41,853 bases of DNA from a virus (Duplodnaviria > Caudoviricetes): positions 1-41,853 of IMG/VR virus record IMGVR_UViG_3300037307_000894. One strand, written 5' to 3'. Made by a program: the position numbers and the translations under genes. Within the stretch, counting starts at the first letter, position 1; every line of letters starts with the position of its first letter. Under the pieces are notes generated by a model. The model was not told the DNA's origin and made no database searches. It saw only the letters and a program-made list of their open reading frames with translations. Shown here piece after piece: positions 1-9,393 of the stretch.

Positions 1-486
1 CTAAGCGAAAGCCAGCGCCTGTTCTCCAGAGCAGCTTCGATTTTTGAGATCGCTCGCCTGCAGGTGTTGAACGCGGGCGCGAAACTGCTGCTTCACCGCG
101 TCAGCCACCATTGAGCGGTGGCAGAAGTTATGGTCTGCCTCGTAGCAGAGCAAGGCGCAGTTGGTCGTTGCAGCCAGGGCTGCCAACTCAGCAACTGCAT
201 CATCCTGTGTCGCCAAGTACTTCAGGAAGCCTTCGGTGTAGCGCTTCCAGTTGCCGTCCGCGCGATACCGGTCGCGCACCGGTTTCGGGCAACCCAAGGC
301 CACCATATGAACGTACTCCCGCCCTGAAAGATTCAGGACTGTCTCAAGAGATTTCTTGGAAAACCCCGGCTTGCGGGACAAGGGCATCTCACGGACGTCG
401 ACAACGGTTTCGATGTCGTTTTCGGCTAGAAGCGACAGGAAACTGTCAATATCAAGGCCTTCGTAGCCTACGGTGTAAATTTTCAT
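1..486 (-). CDS. DUF488 family protein (moron downstream of the lysis genes)
   Basis: MKIYTVGYEG...VVDVREMPLSRKPGFSK...LLCYEADHNFCHR are DUF488 motifs; ATG at 486 preferred over 528. Confidence 0.85.
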   Translation of the reverse strand: MKIYTVGYEGLDIDSFLSLLAENDIETVVDVREMPLSRKPGFSKKSLETVLNLSGREYVHMVALGCPKPVRDRYRADGNWKRYTEGFLKYLATQDDAVAELAALAATTNCALLCYEADHNFCHRSMVADAVKQQFRARVQHLQASDLKNRSCSGEQALAFA

Positions 487-615
487 CGTCGCCCATCCTT
501 TTGTAACGCGCAGTTTAATGGATACCACTTTCAGCGGAAAGTCCTGTTACGACTATGGGTTTTGCTCGTCGACCGAATCGGCCCAGATATGTTGTTGCTT
601 CCGCAGGGAATTCGT

Positions 616-1074
616 TCATCGAAGCAAGGCTGCTTCAGCATCTCTTCTCGCCACGAGACCTGGTAGCGCCCTACCTCCACCATAGACCCATCGGCGCAGT
701 TCCAGTTCGGCCGCAACCCAGTCACGCTGATTGACTCGCCGCCGCAGCGTCGAGGTCTGCAGACGCCCTGCGCCGAGGTTGAACGTGAAATCGACGATGG
801 CGGCGAGCCGACCCTCTGACTCGATGGCCAGCACCGGGCAGTAGCGCAGCGTTGCCGCCAGCGCCGTCTGCAAATCGCTCGCCAGATAGACCTCGGCCTC
901 CGCTTCGGTGACCGGCGGATGCTTCGGGTCGCACAGATGGCCGTAGCCAATCGTCCAGAAGCCTGCTGGGCAGACGTAGGGAACGGCGGTGATCTCAACC
1001 CCACGCTTCACCATGCGCTCGAACCCTTCGAAGCGCTTCGCCAGATCGATGGCGGCTTTCGGAGCTACGATCAC
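616..1074 (-). CDS. Phage endolysin, GH24 lysozyme
   Basis: FEG...PYVCPAGFWTIGYGH, DFTFNLGAGRLQTSTL, WVYGGGRALPGLVARR. Confidence 0.92.
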   Translation of the reverse strand: MIVAPKAAIDLAKRFEGFERMVKRGVEITAVPYVCPAGFWTIGYGHLCDPKHPPVTEAEAEVYLASDLQTALAATLRYCPVLAIESEGRLAAIVDFTFNLGAGRLQTSTLRRRVNQRDWVAAELELRRWVYGGGRALPGLVARRDAEAALLR

Positions 1075-1547
1075 GGCCGCACCCGGTCAAACACGCGCCC
1101 GAGGAACCAGAAGTTCAGCACTCCGGCCCACAGCGCCTGATCGGCCTCCGTCCAGGCGTGCAGGATCGCCGTGCCCCAACCGGCACCGGCGGTGACGGCA
1201 GCCGCAAACGCCGCCGTCTTGGCCGCGCAGTAAAGCGCCATAAACCAGTAGGTGATCACCGGGCGCACGCTGATCGACAGTGCATCGGCCCAGCGCACGC
1301 CAGAACGCCGCCCCTGAGCGGCGACGGCCTCTCGCAAGGCATCGATGGCCCCGGTGTTCCACGCCGCGTCGGCGGCAGCGCCGATCTCGGCCATCCGCTG
1401 CGCACCACGCTGTTTCTCGAACTCCAGCGCCTTGTCCTGCATCGCCAGTTCGTGACTGCGCTCACCCTTGCGGTCGAGCCACTTCAGAACTTCGGGCGCA
1501 AGGCGAAAAGCCCCACCGAGGAGGCCGCCAAGTAGCGTTTCAATCAT
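1071..1547 (-). CDS. Putative holin-like membrane protein
   Basis: Hydrophobic segments (SVRPVITYWFMALY; LWAGVLNFWFLGR) and a 4-bp overlap with the lysozyme gene. Confidence 0.6.
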   Translation of the reverse strand: MIETLLGGLLGGAFRLAPEVLKWLDRKGERSHELAMQDKALEFEKQRGAQRMAEIGAAADAAWNTGAIDALREAVAAQGRRSGVRWADALSISVRPVITYWFMALYCAAKTAAFAAAVTAGAGWGTAILHAWTEADQALWAGVLNFWFLGRVFDRVRP

Positions 1548-1837
1548 TGCCCACCTCCAAACAGCTTGAGTTTCAGGAACGCGCCGGCCAGCAGCGCCAT
1601 TACCAACCCTGTGACCAGCATCTTCACGATGGTCAGGCCGGCGGTTTTCTTGGCCTCGTTGAATGCGTCGAGCAGACCACGCAGTTCGCGGATGTCGTGT
1701 GCAGCCTCTGGCCCATCGAGGCCGACATCGGCGAGGGCGTGCCGGGCACCGCGCTCGGCGGCGCGCTCCAGGATCGCCTCGAACTCTTCCTGCGGGATGG
1801 TCACCATCTTCCGGCGCTCCATTTGGGTGGAATCCAT
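1544..1837 (-). CDS. DUF6127-like small membrane protein of the lysis cassette
   Basis: ERAAERGARHALADVGLDG..AAHDIRELRGLL plus a C-terminal TM helix; GGAGG RBS before ATG at 1837. Confidence 0.7.
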   Translation of the reverse strand: MDSTQMERRKMVTIPQEEFEAILERAAERGARHALADVGLDGPEAAHDIRELRGLLDAFNEAKKTAGLTIVKMLVTGLVMALLAGAFLKLKLFGGGQ

Positions 1838-1849
1838 GTTTTCGTCCTC

Positions 1850-1885
1850 CAGAAATGCGAAACCCGCCTCGTGGGCGGGTTCGCA
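1850..1885 (-). terminator. Hairpin / intrinsic terminator-like element before the lysis genes
   Basis: Minus strand TGCGAACCCGCC-CACGA-GGCGGGTTTCGCA-TTTCT. Confidence 0.5.
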
Positions 1886-1910
1886 GGTGTGAATTGGGGT
1901 TGCTTTGGCG

Positions 1911-2144
1911 TTACGGCTTCTTGCCACGTCCTTGGGTCGGACGCCCGGCCTTCCTGCTGGCCACAGCGGCAGCGCCGCCCACCAGCCGGCGCATGGCCAG
2001 CGCACGTTGCTTCGGATGCGCGTCTCCGCGCTCGATGGTGTCTTGTGCCTCGGCGAGAGCCAGCAGCGTGTCCTTGTCCGCCCCATCGGGCAGGGCGTCG
2101 ATTGCGGGCCGCACCCGCTCCAGAAATGTCGTCGCTTGCTTCAT
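1911..2144 (-). CDS. Hypothetical protein (77 aa)
   Basis: GGAGG RBS before ATG at 2144; co-oriented within the late operon. Confidence 0.6.
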   Translation of the reverse strand: MKQATTFLERVRPAIDALPDGADKDTLLALAEAQDTIERGDAHPKQRALAMRRLVGGAAAVASRKAGRPTQGRGKKP

Positions 2145-2165
2145 TGTCGATTCCTCCAATTGTCG

Positions 2166-2384
2166 TCAGACGGGAAACACCTGCTTGGCCACCGGTGCCT
2201 TTATGGCGATGCCGTTCTTGATTTGCACGCGGTCGCCGACGGTTACCGCATCGAGCGTTCTGGCGGTGACGGCACCCCGCTCGGTAGCCACACGCACCAC
2301 GGCCCCATCGATGCCGACCACGGCACCAACCACTGGCTCGTCCGTAGCCAACAGACGAGAGAGTTCCTTCAAAGCAAAGCTCAT
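2166..2384 (-). CDS. Small tail-associated protein
   Basis: ATGA overlap with the upstream gene; beta-rich OB-like pattern (VGDRVQIKNG). Confidence 0.65.
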   Translation of the reverse strand: MSFALKELSRLLATDEPVVGAVVGIDGAVVRVATERGAVTARTLDAVTVGDRVQIKNGIAIKAPVAKQVFPV

Positions 2385-2677
2385 CGCGGCTGCTCCAGGG
2401 AGAGTTGAGTTTCGATGGCCGCCTCCGACACCGTGATCTGGATGCCGGTAACCTTGGCGCGGTAGGGGCTTGCCGTAGACGGGTCGGTCGCCTCGACGAT
2501 CTGCCCGAGACGAATGCCTGGGCGGAACACCACGGCCATCTCGACCCGGTTGAAGGCGTGTGCATTGGCATCCATCTCGGCCACGCCCCGATGGATCAGA
2601 GCATCGTCGGCAAGCAGTGGCTCGACGATGGGCGAAGCCTCGCGCGCACCATCACCTCGGTAGACCTCGATGATCAC
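2381..2677 (-). CDS. Putative tail-tip protein (98 aa)
   Basis: GTGA coupling; PGIRLGQIVEATD...KVTGIQI resembles a tail-hub C-terminal beta element. Confidence 0.6.
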   Translation of the reverse strand: MIIEVYRGDGAREASPIVEPLLADDALIHRGVAEMDANAHAFNRVEMAVVFRPGIRLGQIVEATDPSTASPYRAKVTGIQITVSEAAIETQLSLEQPR

Positions 2678-3180
2678 GATGCCGTCCCCTTGATGAGCGC
2701 CAGGATCGAGAAATCCATCTCGCCGTTGAGCGTGCTGGGCGACGACAGGGCATAGACCAGAGCCAAGGCGTCGTAGGTGACCTTAGCCACCGCCACGCCC
2801 TTGCTTGATACCTTCACCGTGACCTTGTCGGACTGCAGCGTGAGGCCGCCGAGGCTGCGTCCGTACCAGACCGATTGCGAGATGCTGGATCGAGCCGGCT
2901 TACCCAGCGTGGCGGTATCGGCATCCTCGAACATCAGTTCCTCTGTCACTGTGACCACGGCACTACCCTGCGCCGAGAGTGATCCTGCCGAGCAGATGGT
3001 GTCGGTGATGCTGACGTTGTCGGACTTGTAGACGAGGATGTAGGCGGTTTCGCCCGGGCTGAAGGAACTGCGACCGCCGTTCAGGCCATCGGGCCGGGTG
3101 TCGACCTCGGCAGAGAGGTGACCGTCCGAGCCCGAGCCGTCCGGGTTGCCGAATTGAACGCGAATGGTGGAATTGGCCAT
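2674..3180 (-). CDS. Putative tail protein (168 aa)
   Basis: GAGG RBS; S/T/G-rich beta protein in the tail module. Confidence 0.65.
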   Translation of the reverse strand: MANSTIRVQFGNPDGSGSDGHLSAEVDTRPDGLNGGRSSFSPGETAYILVYKSDNVSITDTICSAGSLSAQGSAVVTVTEELMFEDADTATLGKPARSSISQSVWYGRSLGGLTLQSDKVTVKVSSKGVAVAKVTYDALALVYALSSPSTLNGEMDFSILALIKGTAS

Positions 3181-3299
3181 GATGTGTCCTCAAGCTGCCG
3201 CCTCAGCACTCTCGTGCCGGGCGGAAAGATTGTCGATTCGGCGGCAGGCGGTGTTCGCGGGCGTGCGCATCCCCGCTGCGCGGGGCCCCTGCTTACTGC

Positions 3300-4835
3300 T
3301 CACGCCGCCACCAGCACGAACTGCACTTCCTCGTCGATGGGAAGTGCCACGCGCCAGTCGAGCGATGTGGTGGTGTAGGTGATTCGAAGCAGGCTGTAGC
3401 CGCTCGTGGCCGCCGTGAGGGTCTGGCCTGCGGCGGTCACGTCACCCAGCCCGGTGTGCTGCCAGGCGAGATTCACGATGGCGGCGACGGGATAGCGGGT
3501 GCTTGTCCGCCCCTCGATGAACTCGACCGTTTCGATCTCGGTGCGGGTCACTGCGCCGAGGCTCGCGATGACTGTTGATGGATGTCCGGTATGGGCCAGA
3601 ACAACAGCACGCGTGCTTGCGAGATAGGCGCGCACCGTGCCCCGATAGGCATCATCGGCATCAGCCACGTACTCGATCCGGTCAGCGGATGCGCCCGCAC
3701 CGCCTTCCTCGTTGGCGATGGTTACCCGGTTGTAGCCGCGCATCGGGGCAATCTGCGCCTGCGCCGACATCACGTCGGCATCGAACAGACTGTGCGCGAC
3801 CGTTGCCGTCCCATACTGCGGAATGCTCACCGGGTGCCGGCGGCGGCAGAGCACCGAGCCGTCCGGGTTGCTCTCGACGATGCCGCCGATGGCTGCGACG
3901 ATGTTGCGGGCAGCCGCCAGCGGTGTCGCACCCTCCAGCATCAGCCGGCTTGTGGGGATGATCCAGTCGGGGAGACTCCAATCGACCGGGCCGATCAGGA
4001 ACTCCACCGCCGCACGCGCGGAAACCGCACCGGCCTCGTAGTAACGGATCGTGCCGGCAAAGGGTGCGTCGAGCAGGGCCACGGGCGAAACCGCTGTCAG
4101 TTCCATCCGCTGTTCGGCGACCGAACTGCGCGACAGCGTCTTGCCGTCGACCACCAGCACGAAGGTTTCCAGCCCCAAAACGAGCGTGATCGTGTCGCCG
4201 ATACCGATGGCGGCAAAGTCGGCGATGGCCGCGATCTCGGCCCGCGCGATCCAGACCGGACTCTCCTCATCGCAGGAGAGCGTTGCCTCGACGATGCGGA
4301 TGCGCTGGTCGTGCCAGACGAGTTCCGGGCTGTTCACCACCGCCTGCAGCCGGGTGTCGTCAAGGATCGACCAAGATGCTGTCAACCGCTTGGCGACCGG
4401 GTCAACGTCGGTCACGTCGTAGCCGAGCACCTGTCTGGCTGCGACCTGCTGGGTGAGCCAGTACGCGGCCTGCATCGATTTCCGACAAGTGCCGAGATCG
4501 GTGTACGGAAGGATGTGGCGAGCCTTGGTCTGATGCACATCGCCCCATCCCGCCACGATACTGCGGCGGTGCTGGCGCATGTCCCCGTAGGGATACCGGC
4601 TTCCACCCTCCAGCCGCAGCCCATAGGGTGACTGGAGATTCTGCGCGAAGCGGATCGACCAGCTTTCCGCGTGCTGCCACGTGCGCTCCCGAGCCAGCTC
4701 CCACGCTGTGGCATTGGCCACGAAGACTTCCGTCTTGCCCCACGCCGCCTCGAAACGGCGCTTGAGGACGGTCGGGCCGGAATCCGCGTAGAGCCCCGCC
4801 CCCAGCGTGAGGTCGAGCGAGATGCCAAGGGTCAT
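3300..4835 (-). CDS. Putative tail-tip/hub protein with N-terminal aromatic repeats
   Basis: 511 aa, translationally coupled in the tail operon; W/Y every 12-16 residues over aa 32-155. Confidence 0.65.
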   Translation of the reverse strand: MTLGISLDLTLGAGLYADSGPTVLKRRFEAAWGKTEVFVANATAWELARERTWQHAESWSIRFAQNLQSPYGLRLEGGSRYPYGDMRQHRRSIVAGWGDVHQTKARHILPYTDLGTCRKSMQAAYWLTQQVAARQVLGYDVTDVDPVAKRLTASWSILDDTRLQAVVNSPELVWHDQRIRIVEATLSCDEESPVWIARAEIAAIADFAAIGIGDTITLVLGLETFVLVVDGKTLSRSSVAEQRMELTAVSPVALLDAPFAGTIRYYEAGAVSARAAVEFLIGPVDWSLPDWIIPTSRLMLEGATPLAAARNIVAAIGGIVESNPDGSVLCRRRHPVSIPQYGTATVAHSLFDADVMSAQAQIAPMRGYNRVTIANEEGGAGASADRIEYVADADDAYRGTVRAYLASTRAVVLAHTGHPSTVIASLGAVTRTEIETVEFIEGRTSTRYPVAAIVNLAWQHTGLGDVTAAGQTLTAATSGYSLLRITYTTTSLDWRVALPIDEEVQFVLVAA

Positions 4836-5698
4836 AGCGGCTCGGCATCAGGGTCGTCAAACTGAGGCGGGGCCGGCACGGCGTAAGGCTGATCCCACTC
4901 GTCGCCGATCATCGCGATCCAGCCCGGTACCACGACCTCCTCCTGCGCGTAGCCATCAGTGAGGATCAGAATCTCGTTGAACTCACCGAGGATGCAGGCA
5001 CTGATGCCGCCGTCCCGATTGGGAAACTGCGGCACGGCCATCTTGGGAATCGGCGAGCCGGCGTGACGCTTGCCATTGAATGTCCAACCTTCACCGAAGG
5101 GTGACCACGTGCCCGTCCAGGGGTAGATCTCGACGACACCATCTTCATCCCTTGAATAGGCTGGTTCCCAATCGCCCCACGGATCCCAGATGCCGTAGCG
5201 AGCGCACAGCCCCTGGTGTGTGTCGGACGGATAGCGCCGGGAGGTCGTGCCGGCAACAGCAAATCGCATCGTGACGCCCGTTGTGCTCTCAGCATCCACG
5301 GCGGTGCAGTGAATCCACCACCACCCGGCCGCGCCATCGGCGGCGAACCAGACCGTGATCTCTGGCGAGGGATTGCCCACCCACGCCGAATGCACGATGG
5401 TGTAGCTGTGAGCGTAGGCTGCCTCGTCGAGATAGTCGTTGCCGTAGACCGGGTACCCGAAGATCGCCCCGTAGGGGTCTTGATCCTGGAAGCTGAAAGC
5501 CCAGTGCGGAACGTCATCGTCTGCAGTGCCTGCCGGCGAGCCCAGTCGGATGAAATCGATGCCGTCGACGGTGTCGAGCAGCACGTTAAACCCGGCGTTC
5601 GTCACATAGGTCTTGAGGTGCCCGAACAGGGTTTGCACGGCGGCCTTGTCGAAGGTGCCGGCCGCCCACGTCTTTTTGAAGCCGACCCGGGGCATCAC
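4832..5698 (-). CDS. Putative tail protein (W/G-rich, 288 aa)
   Basis: Overlaps neighbours at both ends; located in the tail module. Confidence 0.65.
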   Translation of the reverse strand: MMPRVGFKKTWAAGTFDKAAVQTLFGHLKTYVTNAGFNVLLDTVDGIDFIRLGSPAGTADDDVPHWAFSFQDQDPYGAIFGYPVYGNDYLDEAAYAHSYTIVHSAWVGNPSPEITVWFAADGAAGWWWIHCTAVDAESTTGVTMRFAVAGTTSRRYPSDTHQGLCARYGIWDPWGDWEPAYSRDEDGVVEIYPWTGTWSPFGEGWTFNGKRHAGSPIPKMAVPQFPNRDGGISACILGEFNEILILTDGYAQEEVVVPGWIAMIGDEWDQPYAVPAPPQFDDPDAEPL

Positions 5699-6705
5699 GC
5701 ACTCTCCCCGTGAATGGCCAGCGACGTGAAGTCGTTCGCCAGACTGAATGTCCCCGCTGGCACCTGGCGGCGATACCAGATCGGGATCGCGGCAGGCTGC
5801 GTCGCAAAGCTCACCGTGTCATTCATCTGGAACGTGCCGCCCCAAGCGATGGCCTTGATGGTGAAGTACGGCGTGCCGGTCGCCGGGTTCAGGGGCGCGT
5901 AGTCAGCGCTGACCGATCCCGGGCTAGCCAGGATGCCGACCGTGTTGCCAGAAACCGTGAAGGTGGTGTCGCTCGTGAAGATTAGCGTCCAGCTTTCCTC
6001 GACGGCTCCCTTGTTGTGGGCGACGAGGTTGCCGACGGTGGCGGAATCAAAGCTGCCGCCACCACTTATGACCGACACTCCTGTGACGCCAGCCACCGCG
6101 CTGGGCAGTTCGAGGACGCTGGACACCAACGTGTTCGACGTGGCGTAGCTGTTCACAACTGCGGGCGAGACATCCACCGTGGCGAAGTCGGTGCCGTAGG
6201 TCACACCGCTGACCGTCACCCATTCCTCGTTGCCGGCACCGCCGGTGCTCGGTCGATCCGAGACGCGCACCACGTCACCGACCCGCAGAGGTTGCAGGGT
6301 TGCGTACTCGGCGTTGTGCTCGCAGGCCACCTGAATCTGGGCGGCCCCGCCGACGATGGGCGCGTAGAGCGTTCCGATGCCATAGGGCCGACCAGCGATC
6401 TGATCTTCGGTGTCGGTCTGCGTGCCCGGCTGGAACACCACGAAGTCGCCGGCAGGCGTCAGGCTGTCGAGAAACAGGCGCACGTTCAAGAGCGCCGTGT
6501 CCTGCGCGCTGTTGACGTGGATGAAGGCCTTGCGCCACTTCACCGCGCCGGCCAGTCGCTCGGACTGCGACACATCGGGGAAGAGATTGTTCTTCACCCC
6601 GGATACCAGTTGCGCGAAGGCCATCCGCCCGCCGTTCTGGGCAGGCGTGACGTCGGACATCAGGGCGGCGGGCCGCCAGATGATTTCATTGTCGAGAATG
6701 GGCAT
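5695..6705 (-). CDS. Putative tail-tip structural protein (336 aa)
   Basis: N-terminal GGRM...NNLFPDVS..ERLAG...RKAF pattern seen in siphovirus tail proteins; GAGG RBS. Confidence 0.7.
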   Translation of the reverse strand: MPILDNEIIWRPAALMSDVTPAQNGGRMAFAQLVSGVKNNLFPDVSQSERLAGAVKWRKAFIHVNSAQDTALLNVRLFLDSLTPAGDFVVFQPGTQTDTEDQIAGRPYGIGTLYAPIVGGAAQIQVACEHNAEYATLQPLRVGDVVRVSDRPSTGGAGNEEWVTVSGVTYGTDFATVDVSPAVVNSYATSNTLVSSVLELPSAVAGVTGVSVISGGGSFDSATVGNLVAHNKGAVEESWTLIFTSDTTFTVSGNTVGILASPGSVSADYAPLNPATGTPYFTIKAIAWGGTFQMNDTVSFATQPAAIPIWYRRQVPAGTFSLANDFTSLAIHGESA

Positions 6706-6712
6706 GGTTTCC

Positions 6713-7093
6713 TCAAACGGTCATGAGTTTCAGGGTGGCGAGATAGAAGTCGCCGGGTTGCGGGTTGGCCAGCGGCACCAGCGGCTTGGCCTCGAAGGCC
6801 GGTGCGTCGTGATGGCGGAACATCACCTGCCAGGTCTGCCCGCGCAGGTTGAGCGTGTAGAGGCCGCCGGGGCTTGCCGTGCGCAGCGCCAGGGCTTTCA
6901 CCTGCGCGCGGGTGAGCCAGCCGGCGTCGGGTTGCGATTCGAGCGTGATGGGCACGCCGGCGCGCAGTTCGCCGTAGAACACGACGAGCCCGCCGTCGAG
7001 GGTGCGGCGCACGGACTGCGCCACCGTCGATGCGGCCCATTCGTCGGACCAAAGGAGGTCCGCCGGCAGGGAAATGCCGTCCAGAACGATCAT
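6713..7093 (-). CDS. Putative distal tail (Dit-like) protein (126 aa)
   Basis: LPADLLWSDEW...VAQSVRRTLDGGLVV...GVPITL; AGGAG RBS before ATG at 7093. Confidence 0.6.
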   Translation of the reverse strand: MIVLDGISLPADLLWSDEWAASTVAQSVRRTLDGGLVVFYGELRAGVPITLESQPDAGWLTRAQVKALALRTASPGGLYTLNLRGQTWQVMFRHHDAPAFEAKPLVPLANPQPGDFYLATLKLMTV

Positions 7094-7104
7094 CGGGAGT
7101 TCTC

Positions 7105-9393
7105 CTACCAGTAGCCCATCAACACCACGTCGACGGTGTCGGCGCTGCTCGCTTCCTTGATCAGCGTGAGCGCCTGGATGTAGCCGGCCCGGTCGCTGAT
7201 GGCGTTGCTCGCAAACCACCACATCACGTTGGCCGTGAGGTACGGCGGCTTGACAGTGGTGTACTGGAAATTGCGCCAGCCCCACTCGGGGCGATACTGG
7301 GGGCGCAGATAGGTGTCGACGAGATAGGTTTCGAGCTCGTCGACGCTGCCGCCCGGCCAGGTCTCGAACACCGTGATCCACTTCTGGTAGTAAGGCGACC
7401 ACATCGGCCGCCCTGCGGCCACGGACAGGGTCATATTGCGGCCATAGCGGGCGATGGCCGTCGTGAGGTCGAGGCCCAGGCTGCTGCTACCGGATCGCGG
7501 CTCCCAGACCTCCGGATTGGTGGAAACCCGATACTCGGCCGTCCACTCGAAGAAGCCGAGAAATGGCACCTGATCGAAGTAGGTCGGATAGGTGATGTTG
7601 CCGAAACGCGGATCGCGCACATAGGGTACCTCTGCCCCGGCCGCCTTTTGCACCGGCATCGTCACCAGCAGCCGATTGGTATCCACCGTCGAATCCCAGG
7701 GGCTGTGCCAGACCTTGTCGCCGTTCTCCAGATAGCCGGCCAGCAGGAAGGCGTACTGCTCCGGGTTGCTGGAGATCTTGTAGCCGGGCGGTGGCCAGTT
7801 CCCCAGGTCGGGATACGGACTCACGGGATTGCCATTGCTGTCCCGCTGAGGGCCATAAATGCCGTCGGCGATCTGATTCAGGGGTGCCGGATAGGCTTCC
7901 TGGGCGACAAACAAGCGCCAATGCAGGTCGCGCAACGGCCAGTCACCCGGCTCGATGATGTTCATCGGCACGAGGATCGAGATCGGTTCGCTCTCCGAAT
8001 GCGCTCCGAGATTGCGCACCACCCACACCGCCGGCATGTAGAAGTGCATCACGTTGTCCTGCCAGTTGGTGCGATCCCCGATGCCCGTGAGGCTCGGCGT
8101 GACGATGCAGGCCGCGAAGTGCAGCTCGTTGACCACCTTGATCGTGAATCGCACGCCGAAGCCCGGCACCGGCTCGACGCCGAGGATGCGGAACGAGGCC
8201 TTGGTCGCACCCACCGTGTACACCGTGACGGTCTCGTCCACGCTCGCGATGCCGGTACTCACGCCTGGGACGTAGGGCGTGGTCATCAGCGGCGTGATCG
8301 AGGAGACACCGCTCTCGACCTGGACGCCGTTATAGAGCACGCTCACGGCGGTGGGCATGCGCTTGAAGTCATAGACGCAGACCCGGTGAAACCAGGTGCC
8401 GTCCGCTTCGCCGGCGACGGCGAGATCGCCAGGCAAATAGTGGTAGAAGTTCTGGTCCGCGCTGTAGCCGCCCAGCCCGACCGGGTTCCAGCCGACATAG
8501 GTTTCCAGCCACTGTTCCAGCACCCAGGACTGGCCGCTGTCGACGTGGGTGTACTCGACGAACATGTGCCACCCCTGGCCACGCTGCCCCTCGGGGGCGT
8601 TCCAGTTGTAGGGCACGGAGGTCTGCACCTGCAGCGATCCGAGGTTGAACGCCTCGGAGCGTGCCGCAAGGCTCGCAGGCGGGGCCGGATTGGTGATCGC
8701 CTTGAAACTCACCCAGTGGTCGAAGACCTTCGCGCTTCGCACTCGGGCTTCCATGCGAAAGAAGTTCTGCACGTTCCACAGGGACCAGCCGTTGAGCGAC
8801 CAGGCGATCATGACCTTGGCCCCATCCCAGGGGCCGATGCCGTTCCAGTAGGTCGTGGACTGGCCAGTGAACTCGACGACCGTGTTCTGCGGGTAGTAGT
8901 TGATGCCCAACTTGTCCACTTTGTGCAGAAAGTGGAACGGGATCGAGGGACACGGCGTCGGCGGGGGCGGCGTAGATCCCGGTGCAAACGGCACGGACAG
9001 GCGCGTTGCGATGCCCGAGGCTGCCGAGTCATCGTGCTGGATTCCACCGCCTGCCAACCGGCTCGCCACCGTCAGGCGCAATCCCGGCTCGGGCTGGGTC
9101 TGCGCGGCATAACGGCCCGACTCGCAGCTTGACCATTGCTGGTACTGCTGCTGATAGGCGGCATTGGCGATGCGCTGAAGCTCGCCGTTGAGATAGCCGG
9201 GGCGGCTGTTCCAGGGAATCTGCTCGATCCACTGGTAGACCTCCCGGTCGCAAGCGTTCATCACCGCGTAAAAATCCGGCCACGGGCAGACGTAGAAGCG
9301 CGCCACGGCGCTCGCCTGCGACGGTCGCCCATTGGGATCGGGCGGCGCATCGGGATTGCTCGGCACGACGACGGGCGGTTCCTCCTTCATCAC
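7105..9393 (-). CDS. Large W/Y/P-rich protein, candidate tail or receptor-binding protein
   Basis: 762 aa ORF coupled to the tape measure stop codon; no recognised family. Confidence 0.6.
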   Translation of the reverse strand: MMKEEPPVVVPSNPDAPPDPNGRPSQASAVARFYVCPWPDFYAVMNACDREVYQWIEQIPWNSRPGYLNGELQRIANAAYQQQYQQWSSCESGRYAAQTQPEPGLRLTVASRLAGGGIQHDDSAASGIATRLSVPFAPGSTPPPPTPCPSIPFHFLHKVDKLGINYYPQNTVVEFTGQSTTYWNGIGPWDGAKVMIAWSLNGWSLWNVQNFFRMEARVRSAKVFDHWVSFKAITNPAPPASLAARSEAFNLGSLQVQTSVPYNWNAPEGQRGQGWHMFVEYTHVDSGQSWVLEQWLETYVGWNPVGLGGYSADQNFYHYLPGDLAVAGEADGTWFHRVCVYDFKRMPTAVSVLYNGVQVESGVSSITPLMTTPYVPGVSTGIASVDETVTVYTVGATKASFRILGVEPVPGFGVRFTIKVVNELHFAACIVTPSLTGIGDRTNWQDNVMHFYMPAVWVVRNLGAHSESEPISILVPMNIIEPGDWPLRDLHWRLFVAQEAYPAPLNQIADGIYGPQRDSNGNPVSPYPDLGNWPPPGYKISSNPEQYAFLLAGYLENGDKVWHSPWDSTVDTNRLLVTMPVQKAAGAEVPYVRDPRFGNITYPTYFDQVPFLGFFEWTAEYRVSTNPEVWEPRSGSSSLGLDLTTAIARYGRNMTLSVAAGRPMWSPYYQKWITVFETWPGGSVDELETYLVDTYLRPQYRPEWGWRNFQYTTVKPPYLTANVMWWFASNAISDRAGYIQALTLIKEASSADTVDVVLMGYW

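Noticed and set aside
3271-3300. GNA hairpin after a tail gene as a DGR target signal
   Set aside because: No reverse transcriptase or TR/VR repeat pair seen in the window.
7030-9132. 700-aa plus-strand ORF
   Set aside because: Antisense shadow of the 762-aa gene; R/H/G-rich composition typical of GC-rich reverse frames.
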